A stretch of 64,000 bases of DNA from Octopus vulgaris (lineage: Eukaryota), in assembly GCA_951406725.2 (NCBI GenBank), contig OX597822.1, positions 117,242,001 through 117,306,000 on the forward strand. The letters run 5' to 3'. The position numbers were made by a program, and so were the translations under genes. Under the pieces are notes generated by a model. It searched no databases and was not told the origin of the DNA. It saw only the letters and a list, made by a program, of their open reading frames with translations. Positions 27,258-40,993 of this stretch are shown here, in pieces; within the stretch, counting starts at the first letter, position 1; every line of letters starts with the position of its first letter.

Positions 27258-30200
27258 GGTGCAGACGGTATTTCAGAACAGATACATAGTTTTTAAAAAA
27301 ACGCTTATATAAAAGCAGGAGAAAAACATATTTTTATATCAAACATAAAACTAAATTGTCACCTTAATAATTTCATTCAATAAAACCACCACAGGCATCA
27401 TTAACTGCCTCTACGTGGCCAAATGTTGAGGGTGATGGGATCATGCAAACTGTCAGCCATTCATTCTGGTTCATATGAGCCTTGTGTGATGGGGCAGAAT
27501 CTTGTTGAAAGACATAACGTCTTCCATTGCATACACTGTTGATCAAAAGTTTAACAACTTTATTCAGAACCTCAATATATGTAGCAGCATTCACCTTAAG
27601 GCCTTATGGAATGACAGGACCACATATGATATCTCAAGGTGTATCTTTTTCTCTGATGAAATTGTGCTCATGTCACATAAATGCAAATTTAATGCACAAA
27701 TTTGTAATTAAATTATTGAGTATTATTTGAAATGGCTGTAAGAAGCAAAGATGACCGATTTCTTAATAATAAAGAATTATTAACTTCCTATTTTCCATTT
27801 TATTTTCTTCATTTAATTGGATAGAAACTATATGCTTAATATATACTTATCATTTTAAGGGAATGTCATTCCCCAATGATACTAGGTATTGAACCAGCAT
27901 TTCCTTGGATGTAACCATCTCTTTACAAGGTAAACATACCCTCTATGGAGACCCAGGAAGACATGGGAGTGAGGTGGTGAAGCATGACCTTCGAATATTG
28001 GGCCTCACAGAGGCAATGACAAAAGATCGAGACCTCTGGAGATATGCTGTGGTTGAGAAGACCTGGGAAATAAAGTGAGTCCACAGCTGTAACCTACCCA
28101 AGTGTTGCATAACCAGCCCACTCAAAAAGTACCTTGGATCGTAGGGCAACATGCCCTGCTTGAGGAGACTGATTGAGTCAAGTACATCAAAACCAAAATC
28201 AAATGGAAATTGTAGTTGTGGTCCCTGTGCCGGTGGCATGTAAAAAGCACCATCTGAATGTGGATGATGCCAATGCCGCCATGACTGGCTTCCGTGCTGG
28301 TGGCACATAAAAAGCACCAACCAATCGTGGTCATTGCCAGCCCCCTGGCCCCTGTGCCGGTGGCACATAAAAAGTACCCACTACACTGTTGGAGTGGTTG
28401 GCATTAGGAGGGTCATCTAGCTGTAGAAACACTGCCAGATCAGACTGGAGCCTAGTGCAGCCTCCTGGCTTTCCAGACCCCAGTCAAACCCTCCAAGTCA
28501 TGCCAACATGAAAAATGGATGTTAAACGATGACGATGATATATATGTAGACACAGTTTGACTGTAATAGTTAAAAAGTTTTTACTCCACAACTACAGTAT
28601 TCTCGGTTCAATCCTGCTGTGTAGAATATGAGGCAAAAGTTATTTTCTATAGCCTTGGATCCACCCATAACTTGTGAGTAAAATTGAGTGGACAGAAATT
28701 TTATAGAAGTACCTTGGGTAGATTGTAATTATAATTCAAAAGCTACATCTTTGTCACATAGTCTCACATTGATTCTGCATGAGAATTACATTAAAAGTAC
28801 ACAGGTTAGTGAAATATTTCGTTTCTGGATTTGGTTTGCAAGATTCTTTATGTGAGTTCGTGTGTTGAAGCATATTCTGTTGTGTCTGGGGAGAGTCATT
28901 TTCTTTTTGTGCCTTATAATGTAACACACTCACCAATGAAATTTCCACTTTTTTCTTATTGTTATTGTCCTAAAATTTTCGTTGCATCTTGCAACCTTTT
29001 CAATAGTTTTGACTCTCAAAACGTTGCAAGATGCAACGAAAATTTTAGGAAAATAAAAATAAGTGGAAATTTTACCTGTGAGTGTGTTACATTATAAGGC
29101 ACAAAAAGAAAATGACTCTCCCCAGACACAACAGGTTAGTGAAATGCTTGACCACTAACAGGTTAATTCAGATTCAGATAATCCAGTTGATTGAATATCA
29201 GGCATTTGTGTATGTATGTATATGTGTGTACATATATGTGTGTGTGAGTACATGTGTGTATGTGTCTGTGTATATTATATTTATAACAGTTATATAGGCA
29301 CAGTTGCTTCCCAGCCACATGGTTTTGAGTTCAGTCCCACTGTGTGGCACCTTAGCCAGGTGTCTTTTACAATAGGCTCTGGTTAACAAAAGCGTTGTGA
29401 GAGCATTTGATAGCAAGAAACTGGGTGAAGCCAGTCGCATGTATGCATGTATGTATGCATGTATGTATGCTTGTGAGAGTGTGTGTATGTTTGTGTCTTT
29501 TTGTCTTAAAATTATGTGATTATTGTAAATGAATGTTGTTCATTTTGAATATTTTGCAAAAATGTTTGGCCAATGGAGAAATATTACCTTGCTTGGAAAA
29601 AATTCAGTGTCAATGACTGGAAAGAGATTTGGTCATAGAAAGATCTGGCTCAAATAAACTTCCATGCAAGAATGGACATTAAAACAATCTTTGATCTCTC
29701 TTTCACTTGTTTCAGTCGTTAGTCTGTGGCCCTGCTGGGGCACCACCTTGAAGGATTTTAGCTGAACAAATTTATCCTAAAACTTATTTTTTTAAGCCTG
29801 GTACTTATTCTATCATTCTCTTTTGCTGAACCACTATGTTATGAAGATGTAAACACACCAACACTGGTTGTCAAGCGGTGGTGGGGGACAAATACAGGTA
29901 GGCACACACACACACACACACACACACAAGCGCACATGCGACACACATCTTTCATTTTCTGTCTACCAAATCCACTGACAAGACTTTATTGGCCTTTGAC
30001 CTGAGGCTACAGCTGAAGGTACTTTCCCAAGGTGCCATGTAGTGGGACTGAACCCATAACCATGTGGTTGGGAAGCAAGCTTCTTACCACAAAGCCACAT
30101 GATGATAAATGATGAATGATGACGATGTAATCAGTTAATATTAATTTCAAAATTGTGGCACAAGGCCAGCAATTTTGAGGGTAGGAGATAAGTTGATTAC

Positions 30201-30808
30201 ATCAAGCCCAACATTCAAGTCGTACTTATTTTATCGACCATGAAAGGATAAAAGGCAAAGTCAACCTTGGTTGAATTTGAACTTGAATTTGAAAGTTCAA
30301 ATGTGGGACAAAATGCCACTAAGCAATTTGCTTAGTGTGATAACGATTCTTATTTCTTTATTGCCCACAAGGAGCTAAACACAGAGGGGACAAACAAGGA
30401 CAGACAAACGGATTAAGTCAATCAGATCGACCCCAGTGTGTAACTGGTACTTAATTTATCGACCCTGAAAGGATGAAAGGCAAAGTCGACCTCGGCGGAA
30501 TTTGAACTCGGAACGTAACTGGTCCCATATATATATATATATAATTTCTTTACTACCCACAAGGAGCTAAACACAGAGGGGACAAACAAGGACAGACAAA
30601 GGGATTAAGTCAATTAGATTGACCCCAGTGCGTAACTGGTACTTAATTTATCGACCCTGAAAGGATGAAAGGCAAAGTCGATCTCGGCGGAATTTGAACT
30701 CGGAACGTAGCGACAGACAAAATGCCCCTAAGCATTTTGCCAGTGTGATAATGATTGTGCCAACTCACCACCTTAGTTCTCAATTTATATTAATATTAAT
30801 TAACTTAC

Positions 30809-31051
30809 TAGATCCAAGAAGGGTAGCATTAACTGAACCAATTAGTGTGCCGCAAGACGTATCGGTGTACTGGTTGTTTTCCACTGGGCAGTCTTCTAAT
30901 TTGGCCGACTCTTGAGCAGTGGGGTTTTTAACGTTGATGTCTTCCGGAGTTAAGTCTTTGCATTTGTCGTTGTTTCTGTTGGTGAGGATCTCTCTTACAC
31001 TCCCAGATATTTCGTTGAATTCCGTATATGTACAAACAACACAACTTCTAC
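30809..31051 (-). CDS. Exon 2 of Ly6/uPAR-like gene (proximal copy)
   Basis: Acceptor gtcgttgcag|GT and donor A|gtaagt. 243 nt, phase 1-1. Encodes RSCVVCTY...DKC...EDC...TSCGTL...NATLLGS (5 Cys, N-glycosylation sequon NAT). Confidence 0.88.
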
Positions 31052-31373
31052 CTGCAACGACTACAATAATAGAAATAGGGATCAGCACAACAACAACAAC
31101 AAGAATTGAAATTTCTAATTTTGGCACAGAACCAGCAATTTCCTGGAGAGTGGTTAGCTGACTGCATTGACCCCTGGGGTTCAACTTACTTTATTACACC
31201 TGAAAATTTAAAAAGGTGAAGTCTACTTTTGTGGAATTTGTAAAGAGGCGGAAGTAATATCGTTAAGCATCTTGTCAGCTTATCACACTACTACTACTAC
31301 TACCACCACCACCACCACCACCACCACCACCAACACCACTACTACTACTACTACCACCACCACCACCACCACC

Positions 31374-31411
<38 letters not shown>

Positions 31412-31914
31412 CACTACCACAAATGGTTTAAAATTTTGCCGCAAGGGCAGCAGTTGTTGGGGGTGGGGGACTAGTTGATTACACTGACCCCAATGTTTCA
31501 CTGGTACTTAATTTATCGACCCTGAAAGGATGGAAGGCAAAGTCGACCTCAGTGGAATTAGAACTCAGAAAGTAGCGACAGACAAAATGCCCTTAAGCAT
31601 TTCGCCTGATGTGCTGACAGTTCTGCCAGCTGGCCACCTTAAATAATCATAATAATAATAATAATGATCTTTTCTGATACGGCTGCAAGACCTAGAATTT
31701 GGAGGGAAGAGTCTAATCAAAGACATCGAACCCAGGGTTCCTCTGGTACATATTTTCCTGACCCCGAGAAGATGAAATGCAAAGTTAACCTTGGCAGGAT
31801 TTCAACTTAGAATGTAAAGACAGAAGAAATGCCACTCAGCATTTGGTCAATCTTACCCCCACCACTGCCACCGACGACACCACCACCACCACAACAACAA
31901 CAATAACAACAGCA

Positions 31915-31967
<53 letters not shown>

Positions 31968-34900
31968 GTGTCTCTAAAAGAAATGGAGAAACTCTCAAAA
32001 TACAAAGACCTGGAAATAGAGGTTACTAGAATGTGGAATCTGAAAACAGAAACAATTCCTATCATAGTAGGTGCATTAGGCATGATAAAAAAATATTCAG
32101 ACAAATACATAACAAAAACACCAGGACTTACAAACACATATAACATACAGAAAATTGCACTACTAGGCACTGCACACATCCTACGCAGAACACTTTCCAT
32201 ACAATAACCATCAGAGCATCACAACAAATCACAGCACATACCCAAGGCACACAGAGCTGCGCTCGGTAGTGAAGTGAAAGCACGCTATAAAAATAAAACT
32301 ACAGAATAATGATAATAATAATAACAACAACAATAAGCAACATTTAATTTATTGATAAGTGAACTAGAATCAATACCAAACTGGATGCTGGAAGGACAAA
32401 CCACCCAAGTTTCCAGGAACAAAGACACCATACAGCCAAAAAATTACAGGCCTTATAAAATAATGTGCTTATCAACAATGTAGAAAATCCTTCCATCGGT
32501 CATCCATAACTGGCTTCTAATACACCTGGAAAACAACAATGTTTTACCAGAAGAGCAAAAGCAGTGCCAGAAAGGGATTTTTGGTTGTAAGGAGCAGCTT
32601 CTGGTAAAATGAGACATTACAGGGGGCCGTAAGAGAAAGACAATTCTCAGAAGGACTTGGATTGATTAACAGAAAGCATTCAACAGAGTTCCACACTCAC
32701 TGATAGAGTGGCTAACTGGCTTCCGTGCCAGTGGCACATAAAAGGGCACCATTTGAGTGTGATCATTACCAGTGTCACCTTACTGGCACCTGTGCTGGTG
32801 GCATGTGTAAAAAGATTTGAGTGAGGTTATTGCCAGTACCGCCTGACTGGCCCCCGTGCCATAGGGTGCCAAGAGCACCATCCGAGCGTGATCGTTGCCA
32901 GAGCGACCAACTGGCTTCCATGCCAGTGGCACATAAAAGGGCATCATTCAAGCGTGATCGTTACCAATGTCACCTTACTGGCACCTGTGCCGGTGGCATG
33001 TGTAAAAAGATTCGAGTGAGGTCATTGCCAGTACTGCCTGACTGGCCCCCACTACACTCTCGGTGTGGTTGGCATTAGGAAGGGCATTCGGCTGTAGAAC
33101 TCTGCCAGATCAAGACTGGAGCCTGGAGCAGCCATCTGGTTTGCCAGTCTTCAGTCAAATCATCCAACCCATGCTAGCATGGAAAGCGGACGTTAAACAA
33201 TGATGATGATGATGATGATTGATACTAGAATCTCTCCACACAAATAAAGTAACTCCAACATTACTAAAATATATTAAACATACAATAGGAAACTGGAAAA
33301 CCAGTATAATGCTGTAAAATGAATCACAAGTCATTAAAACCTGCCCTATACACATATGAAGATGGTTTTCTCAAGGTGACTGTCACCCCTGCTGTTCTAG
33401 CTTGCTCTGGCTCCACTAACAAACTTTTCAAATGAAACTATCATGGGTCATAGATGCTATCGATGAACAATAAACCATCTACTAAAAAGGATGATTTTAA
33501 AATTTTTACTAAAAACACCACGGAACAGAGAAACCTTCTCAAAATTGTCCATAGCTTCATGAAGGACATTGGAATGAGGATGGGGCTGGACAAATATGCC
33601 TTAGTGACACTGAGAAGAGGCAAATTAATCAGCACTGGAAACACGGCACTTGAAATAGACACAGAAATCAGAGAATGAGACTGCAATTGCCCACACAAAT
33701 GTCTTGGAGTAGACAAAACAGCTAAAATACAACACACAGAAATGAAAGAGAACATTAGGTGAGAATATAATAGAAGAGTTAGATTAATATCAAACACTGA
33801 ACTCAAGATAATAAGGGTAAGTACACATGCTAGCCACTCACTCATAAATTACATCTTCAACACATAAACTGGAAGAGCAGGGAATTGAGAAACTTAGAAA
33901 AACTGAAAAACTATTAACAGCTGACACACATCAACACGGCCGCCTGCCACCCACCCCACCCATCATGTTCAAAAACCTGCTGAAAGATGTCAGCAAGAGG
34001 ATCACGAACCTATCCAAGAGATTTTTGAGATGCAACACGCAACTATAATGAGGCATTAGCTGCTAGCAGGTTTAGGGATCGCATCTCCTACATGCCAGGC
34101 CCTAACACCCACAGAAGGAAGCACCATAGAAATATCACTTGGTTTCTCCCTCAACTTCTTCCACAACATAAAAATGTGTGTAGGTAAGGTATTCGTTAGA
34201 CCAGAAGGTAAACACTTCACACAATCACAGAGCTATGAATGCACTTTCAACAGGCAAAACCTAATGGTCCCTTTTAGCTGTGCCCCCAATATAAAGAGAA
34301 TTCTAGTTAACACACCTAAGCCATGAGTGAAGGTGTGATGTTCATGCAGGGTCTACAACAGATGCCCAGTGGGGGGGGGGGGGGGGGGGCATTGCTAAAC
34401 AAAGGAAGTTGTCTATGAAGTTGAGGTGGTAGCAGACCCTAGTAGCAACAGTAGCAGCTTCTCCAATGACAACGGCAGGAATAAGAGCAGCAGCACAAAT
34501 GATGATAACAATTACAGCAGCAACAACACCAGCCACCAGCAACAGTGCCAATAACAGCTCCAGCAATACTAATGATGATGACTATAATACCATCAACACC
34601 ACCACCACCACCACCACCGATTCTCCCCTTTGCCAGCATTCACAGCACCAGCACCAATACCAACATCACCAGCCACCACCACCACCACCACCGATTCTCC
34701 CCTTTGCCAGCATTCACAGCACCAGCACCAATACCAACATCACCAGCCACCACCACCACCACCACCGATGCCAGCATTCACAGCACCAGCACCAATACCA
34801 ACATCACCAGCCACCACCACCACCACCACCGATTCTCCCCTTTGCCAGCATTCACAGCACCAGCACCAATACCAACATCACCAGCACCAGCAACATTGCT

Positions 34901-37900
34901 GTCCAAGAATTTAGACCTGGAGCTCTCCATTTCCAGCGACGACTTCGAGGGCCACTTCCCAGTGGTGTGGGGCGTCAACGAAGAGCCTCAACTACAACAA
35001 GATGACCAAAGTTTTTTTTCTTTTCCAAGGTCTGGGGTCTCCCGCCCCTAAGCCCTAGACCATCACCTTATCACCCTTACCCATCTTGTTGCTTAACAAC
35101 AACAACAACAGCAGCAACAGTGGTCGCATTAGCATCAACATCACCAACACTCACACATGAAGATACATCAGATGTTCCAAGAACATGTTCAAGCAGCGCC
35201 CCTCCAACCACAGATCCTCTTTCAGGATTGCAGAGAGGAGATACACTATGTCCCTAGCCAGCCATGTATGGCAGCTGAAAGATGAAGGGACTCCACATGG
35301 AAGATCTTAGAAAATTCAGGCCCCTATATCAATGGGACCAAGCACTGTAAATTGTGCATAACCAAACAGTCAAGGATATTAAAGACACCTTCAATGTGGG
35401 GAAAATTCTTAACACCAGGATGGAATTCTTCAAACCCTGCATATACTTCTGGAAATTCCTGTTGGCGTCCTGGATCCAACAGTCATACGGAGACAGTACC
35501 TTGATGTTGACCTATAGTTACAAAGTCTTTTCCCCCCTCCATTTTTCTAGAGAGGCCACAGGCCAACGGGTTTAGGGTTTGAGGAAATGTTGTCAAGCTT
35601 TAAAACTAGGGTAACCTCATAAAACCAGCCATATCTATCTATGAAGAATTTAGGGTGGGAGTAATTTTAAAATGCCGATTTTCGCCAATTTTTTTGCAGA
35701 TTCGTGTTCTCCGTAGCCGAAAACAGGGGGTTTATGTTTGAAAAAAAAAAATAAATAGGCATAGGAGTAGCTTGCTTATGAACCACATGGTTCCAGGTAC
35801 TGCGTGTTTTTGTGTGGGTGTGTGTGGGGGAAGTCTTGCCCCCCAACCTCCACCCATTACCTCCTAATGTTTTACTTTTAGCCTTTATGAAAGCGGGTAA
35901 GTTTTTCCAAGAACACTGTCGTTTAGCTGTTGTTTCTAGCATGTCGGGAAATTTAAATTTTGAAACCCTAATTTTTGGCCCAAATCGCATTCTACTATAT
36001 CGAAAACAGATCCGAAAAAATTTTTTTGGAGGGGAAAAAAACCCCACTGAAAACAGGTGGTGTACACATTCTTTACTTCCGCCGGTTTATTTATAGTGAT
36101 CAAATGTGTGTGCGTACCTAAAGCGCCTTCGCTCCATCAAATCAACGTTCCCTGATCAAATTGCACGCTGGTGATCTTGTGTTACTAGTCACACGACTGT
36201 CACCTGTAAACCACGTGTGTTTATTTACATTTGGGAAGAAGATCGTCGGTTTCCTTAAAAAATGGGGTTGTGGGGAAAAGGGATCTTTTGAAATCAGCGT
36301 GAAAACGAGAGAGAGAGAGAGAGAGAGCGATTGTATGAGGTAGGTTCTTTTGGAGTTTGCGGGAAGAGGAAGAATTGATATGTGTGCATGCGTGTGTGTG
36401 TATATTTATACATACATAGAAGCATAAATGTATATTTATACATACATACACACACATATATATATAGGTACTACTAGTAGCGTAGACTGGACCCAGTTTG
36501 CGCGTGTGCGCGAACCGGGTCCAGTCTACGCTACTAGTACCACTTTGTATTGTGTATTTTATGTGTACATGTAATATGTACACATATATATACACATATA
36601 TACATGCACTAGCATTATGACCCGGCAACGACGGGTCTTTAATGCTAGTATATATATATATATATCATCGTCGTTTAACGTCCGCTTTCCATGCTCCAAT
36701 CTGATCTGGCAAAATTTCTACAGGTGGATGCCCTTCCTAATGCCAACCACTCCTAGAGTGTAAGGGGTGCTTTTTTAACATGCCACTGGCATGGGTGCCA
36801 GTCAGGTGGTACTAGCATCAACCACGCTCGAATGTTGTTTTTCACGTGTCATTAAGGCGACGCTGGCAACGATCGCGCTTGAATGGTGCTTTTTACGTGC
36901 CACCGGTTCGGGAGCCAGTCAGCGGCCCTGGCAACGATCACGCTTGGATGGTTATTTTAGCGTTCCACTGGCACGAGAGCCAGTCAGCGGCCCTGGCAAC
37001 GATCACGCTTGGATGGTGATTTTAACGTTCGAGTGGCCCGGGTGCCAATCAGGCGGTACTGTCATCGGCCACGCCAGTGATTTTGATTTCACTCACCTCA
37101 ACAGGTTTTCGCAAGCAAAGTCTATGGTCTCACTTGGCTTGCCGGGTCTTCTCAAGCACAGTATATCTCCAAAGGTCTTGGTCACTAGTCACTGCCTTGG
37201 TGAAGCCCAATGTTCAAAGGTCGAGCTTCACGACCTCATCCCAGGTCTTCCAGGGTCTACCTCTTCCACGGGTTCCCTCAACTGCTAGGGTATGACACTT
37301 TTTCACATAGCTGTCCTCATCCATACGCAACGCACGACCATACCAGCGCCGTCGTCTCTCTTGCACACCAGCAACATTACTCTCCCTGTCTCTTCACACA
37401 CATGAGAGAGATAGAGAGATACTCGTAACACGAGAAAATAAACACAAACTCGTAAAACAATGAAAAAGTTAGATTTCATACATACAACCATAAACATGTA
37501 TCGTGATTACAGGTTTTTAAATTGTTATATATACTTTGATCATAGGTAAAATGCAAAGAAGTGGGCTTTTGGCTAAGAGGAAAGTGTAGTTTTTAAATTA
37601 CTAAAACATAAGCACGAAATTTCAGACCGTATCTCGAAATTTGTGACCATACTTTACAATCTCTATATACGCGAAATCCTGTAATTCGAGTTAGCTGTGA
37701 ATCATTTATGCATGTATGTAAATATATGCACATTTATACATGTTGCGATATGGCCTGACATTTACAGCAAAAGAGAAAAGCCCCTCTGGTTTAATTCCGT
37801 TTTATAATTATGACTGAAGCTAGGCTTAATATTAATTGTAGTATATGGAAATCCAAAACACCAGCCAAAGTCTCACATGACAGTATCGATAATAAGAATA

Positions 37901-38129
37901 AATCGAATAATATGAATAAAGAAATAATAATAATAGTAAAAAGGTTTATAAAACAAAAATGCAAGCTGGAATTCGGTTACATTATTCTAAACGCTTGAAA
38001 GCAGGTCAGTTAGGTGGGTCCCTGTCAAATAGTTGAAATATTAAAAGCTTCTTATTCAGTATGCATTATCAATTAAACATTATCTAATAAAATTGAGAGA
38101 GGAATAAGGAAATACTCATAGTTTCTCAC

Positions 38130-38196
38130 CATTAACGATTACAGGTAAAATGGCACAGAATTCAAAGAGCGCGAAGTATATCGGTTTTCCCATCAT
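38130..38196 (-). CDS. Exon 1 (signal peptide) of Ly6/uPAR three-finger, Quiver/Sleepless-like gene
   Basis: Minus strand reads ATGATGGGAAAA..., giving MMGKPIYFALFEFCAILPVIVN+G, followed by donor G|gtgaga (phase 1). The phase matches the exon 2 acceptor, giving ...VIVNG-RSCVVC. It is too short for the ORF track and is the only copy in the window. Confidence 0.8.
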
Positions 38197-38482
38197 GGGG
38201 TTTTAAGAATATACATATATATATATCTTCCTCGTCAGTAACTGTTATCTATCTATTGACACACATCGATAAAACTAGGGCAGTGACTTCACCAGGTGGG
38301 TGAAATTGCGCATGTATTTACGTTTTATTGCTATACCTGTCCACTATGCGTGTGTATTAGTTAAATGCGGATGTATCTATATTTGCAGCTATTTACTTCT
38401 TTATACAAGTTTCGAATAAATAATGTAAATAGGTGTAGCAAAATAAAAACTCAAGCTTGAATTCAGTTACATTGTTCAAGAT

Positions 38483-38805
38483 CAAGGGTTCTCAACCATT
38501 TTTTAAAAATCTATGAAACCCTTTCATTACTATTTTATTCTGGTGGACTCCCACAGCTATTCGGGGGTTAAAAACTGGTTTTATAGAGACTTCTTTCAAA
38601 ATTCCTGTTTTGTTTTTCACTCACTAGTTTGTGTAGGTTGAACTATGTACAATGTTAGAAAAAGAAACTTAACTGTTTCTTTCAATACATACCAATGCAT
38701 ACATTTAAAGCAAAATTATTTCAGGGGCCCTTGAAATACTATTGTGGGTCCCCGATTTACTATTTTGTTGCGTAGGCCCCTAAAAATCTTATATGGACCC
38801 TCACG
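38483..38805 (+). mobile_element. hAT-like non-autonomous element fragment
   Basis: Starts CAAGGGTTCTCAACC (Charlie-like terminus) and has repeated GGACCC/GGGTCC subterminal motifs. No second terminus was seen. Confidence 0.45.
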
Positions 38806-38874
38806 ATGCTCAGGAAGCCCTAATCCCAATTCCATTGTCAGGCATTTGGATAAATATATATATACATATATAGA

Positions 38875-39239
38875 CTAGCAGTATAGCCCAGCGTTGCTCG
38901 GGCTTGTTTCGACCCTTTAGAATTGGAATTTTTGAAAAGTAAAAATTTTGCATTATGTAGCTCTTTAAGTGAACATTTTTCTGGTTGAAATACACCGAAA
39001 AATGGCAACACAGCAGTCAAAAAATCGTAAATAATAGGGATTTTCATAGAAAAAAAAAGCACCTTTTTGATGTAAATAATTTTTGGTGTTAACATTGTCC
39101 GACTTGATTTTTTTCTTCTACGGAAGGAAGAGCAAGCCTTCTTCTATCATACTCTCAATTTTGGTCAACTTGCGCCGCAGGGTCTCAGGCTACCAAAACC
39201 TGCCATACACAGACAACTTCAGCTTTATATATATATAGA
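38875..39239 (-). mobile_element. Non-autonomous Helitron
   Basis: Minus strand: A|TCTATATA... 5' end, 3' hairpin GCCCGAGCAACGCTGGGC, then CTAG|T. No TSD. Confidence 0.8.
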
Positions 39240-39972
39240 TTTTTTAATCGTAGCTTCAGTATGTGAATGACATATAGTAGGCAAAGACGACGCGGAAACA
39301 CGTCGGATTTATTACACCTGACATTTAAAGCGAGTTTATTACACCTGTTGTTTAAAGCAAGTTTCGGCAAAGTGTTTTGGAAATGTTTTTATGCCTTGAG
39401 CGGCAGAGTAAATAAAAAACGAAACCATGGTTGTATATACGGTTATAGAAAATAGCCAGATTAAAGAATTGTTTTTAAATGTCACTTGAATTTAATGAAA
39501 GAATTGTCACATTTAATGACGCAAGGTCGGATTATGCCATGACACGATAGGTTGACTACGAGAGAAAGTAGTTTCGGCAGAAATATAAAAGTAACGAGTT
39601 TGTTTACTTCCTTTAACGAAAATAAATAAACTTTTCTTTTGTCATTCCTTCTTTCCTGAAATTCAATGAGTCATGGAATCTATAATGAAGCAGCAGCAGC
39701 GTGTCAGAAACTGTTGACCTCTGTTAAGTTATATTATCATCTGGGAAGGTGATTTCGAATTTTGGCACAAGGCCAGCAAGTTAGGGAACGGGTTAAGTCG
39801 ATTGCATCGATTCCAGGGCTCAACAGGTGCCTATTTTATTGACTTTGAAAGGTTGAAAGGCAAAGGTCGACCTCGGTGGAATTTGAAATGCCTGCAAGCA
39901 TTTCCCCCATTGCGTTATGTTAGCTCGCTGCCTTACCGTTTTAAAATATTATGGAGGTGTACAAGCCAGGCG

Positions 39973-40205
39973 GTACTACTTGACAACAGTGGTCCCGGTG
40001 CGCGCACTCGCGTACTCGCGCATCCGCGCTAGCTAGCCATGACTAGTCGATCCTTACTGTGTGTTTTTGTGTTTTATTTACTTTGTGGGAAAAAAATTAT
40101 TTATTTTGTGTTTTATTTACTTTGCTAGGAAGTCGTTGTAGGATCGACTAGTCACGACTAGCTAGCGCGAGTGCGCGCACCGGGACCACTGTTCTCAAGT
40201 AGTAC
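39973..40205. mobile_element. MITE-like element with long GC-rich terminal inverted repeats
   Basis: GTACTACTTGACAACAGTGGTCCCGGTGCGCGCACTCGCG... matches the reverse complement at 40165-40205. The IR extends to ~65 bp (CTAGCTAG..GACTAGTCGATCC) around an AT-rich core. Confidence 0.8.
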
Positions 40206-40980
40206 TCATTTTCCCATAACTGAAATGTGCTTTTGGGGAGAAAAATATTAAACAAAGAAGGTATCAGATGGTCGTAAGATGTGCTGAAAACAACAGCTAA
40301 ATCACCCTTAACTTTTTCCATAGTGAAATCATATTCAACACCGTATTTATGAATTTATTTCTCTAACCATGATACATGGAATAAAAAAATACATGGTGTA
40401 GTGGATGCGTGGATGTATTAATAAATACATAAGTGCTTTGTAATAAATTAAAGATTTATTATCACTACATCAATTTGTAAGCAATGTTACACATCGCTTG
40501 TACAAAATGCATATTAAATAGTGGTTGCAAATAATACATATTAAAGGAATGCATAATACAGGATACACATTAAAGCAGAATATGTTTGATGGTGTGTGTG
40601 TGTGCGTGTGTGTAAATCATGCATGACAGAGTCACCTTTCTGAATATTCTTTCGTCGTTCTCATAAATGCGTGGCGTTCTCTTAAACGTTGATTCGGGTT
40701 CTCTCTAGATACCTATTTCTCCGTTCTATTTATAACATCTCAAATAGCCAGAAAAATAGATATACCGCAAGAGAGTTATCATTAAAGTAGGTCGCTGGTC
40801 GTCCTGTTAAACTTCGCCTGACCTGCTCGGGTCAGAGGTCGAAGGGAGACGATCCATCATTTTTTGTCAGAACAAAGAGATTCTGATTTCGCGCCTTTTT
40901 GTGCATTGGTATTTTACGACCAATGATTCTTGGGTCTGATTTCGAATCCAAGCTTTGAGAAGGAAGTGCTAATTCTTACA

Positions 40981-40993
40981 CTACCCCCCTTCT
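40981..40993 (-). promoter_or_regulatory. Polypurine tract
   Basis: AGAAGGGGGGTAG immediately before the 3' LTR. Confidence 0.85.

Larger units (their letters stand above)
9349..37312. repeat. Tandem segmental duplication, ~13.9-14.1-kb unit (9349-23190 and 23204-37312)
   Basis: Colinear, near-identical sequence with the ORF series repeated. Junction at 23181-23210. Copies differ by SNPs, small indels and repeat counts. Confidence 0.95.

Noticed and set aside
34466-35051. Pro/His/Gln-rich repetitive ORFs
   Set aside because: This is a low-complexity expansion inside a decayed Penelope-like element, open in several frames and absent in this form from the sister copy.
1-37312. Whole array as a pure assembly artefact
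   Set aside because: This is not fully excluded for the near-identical 8.13-kb units. However, the specific novel junctions, the templated scar, and SNP/indel differences between the 13.9-kb copies favour real duplication.
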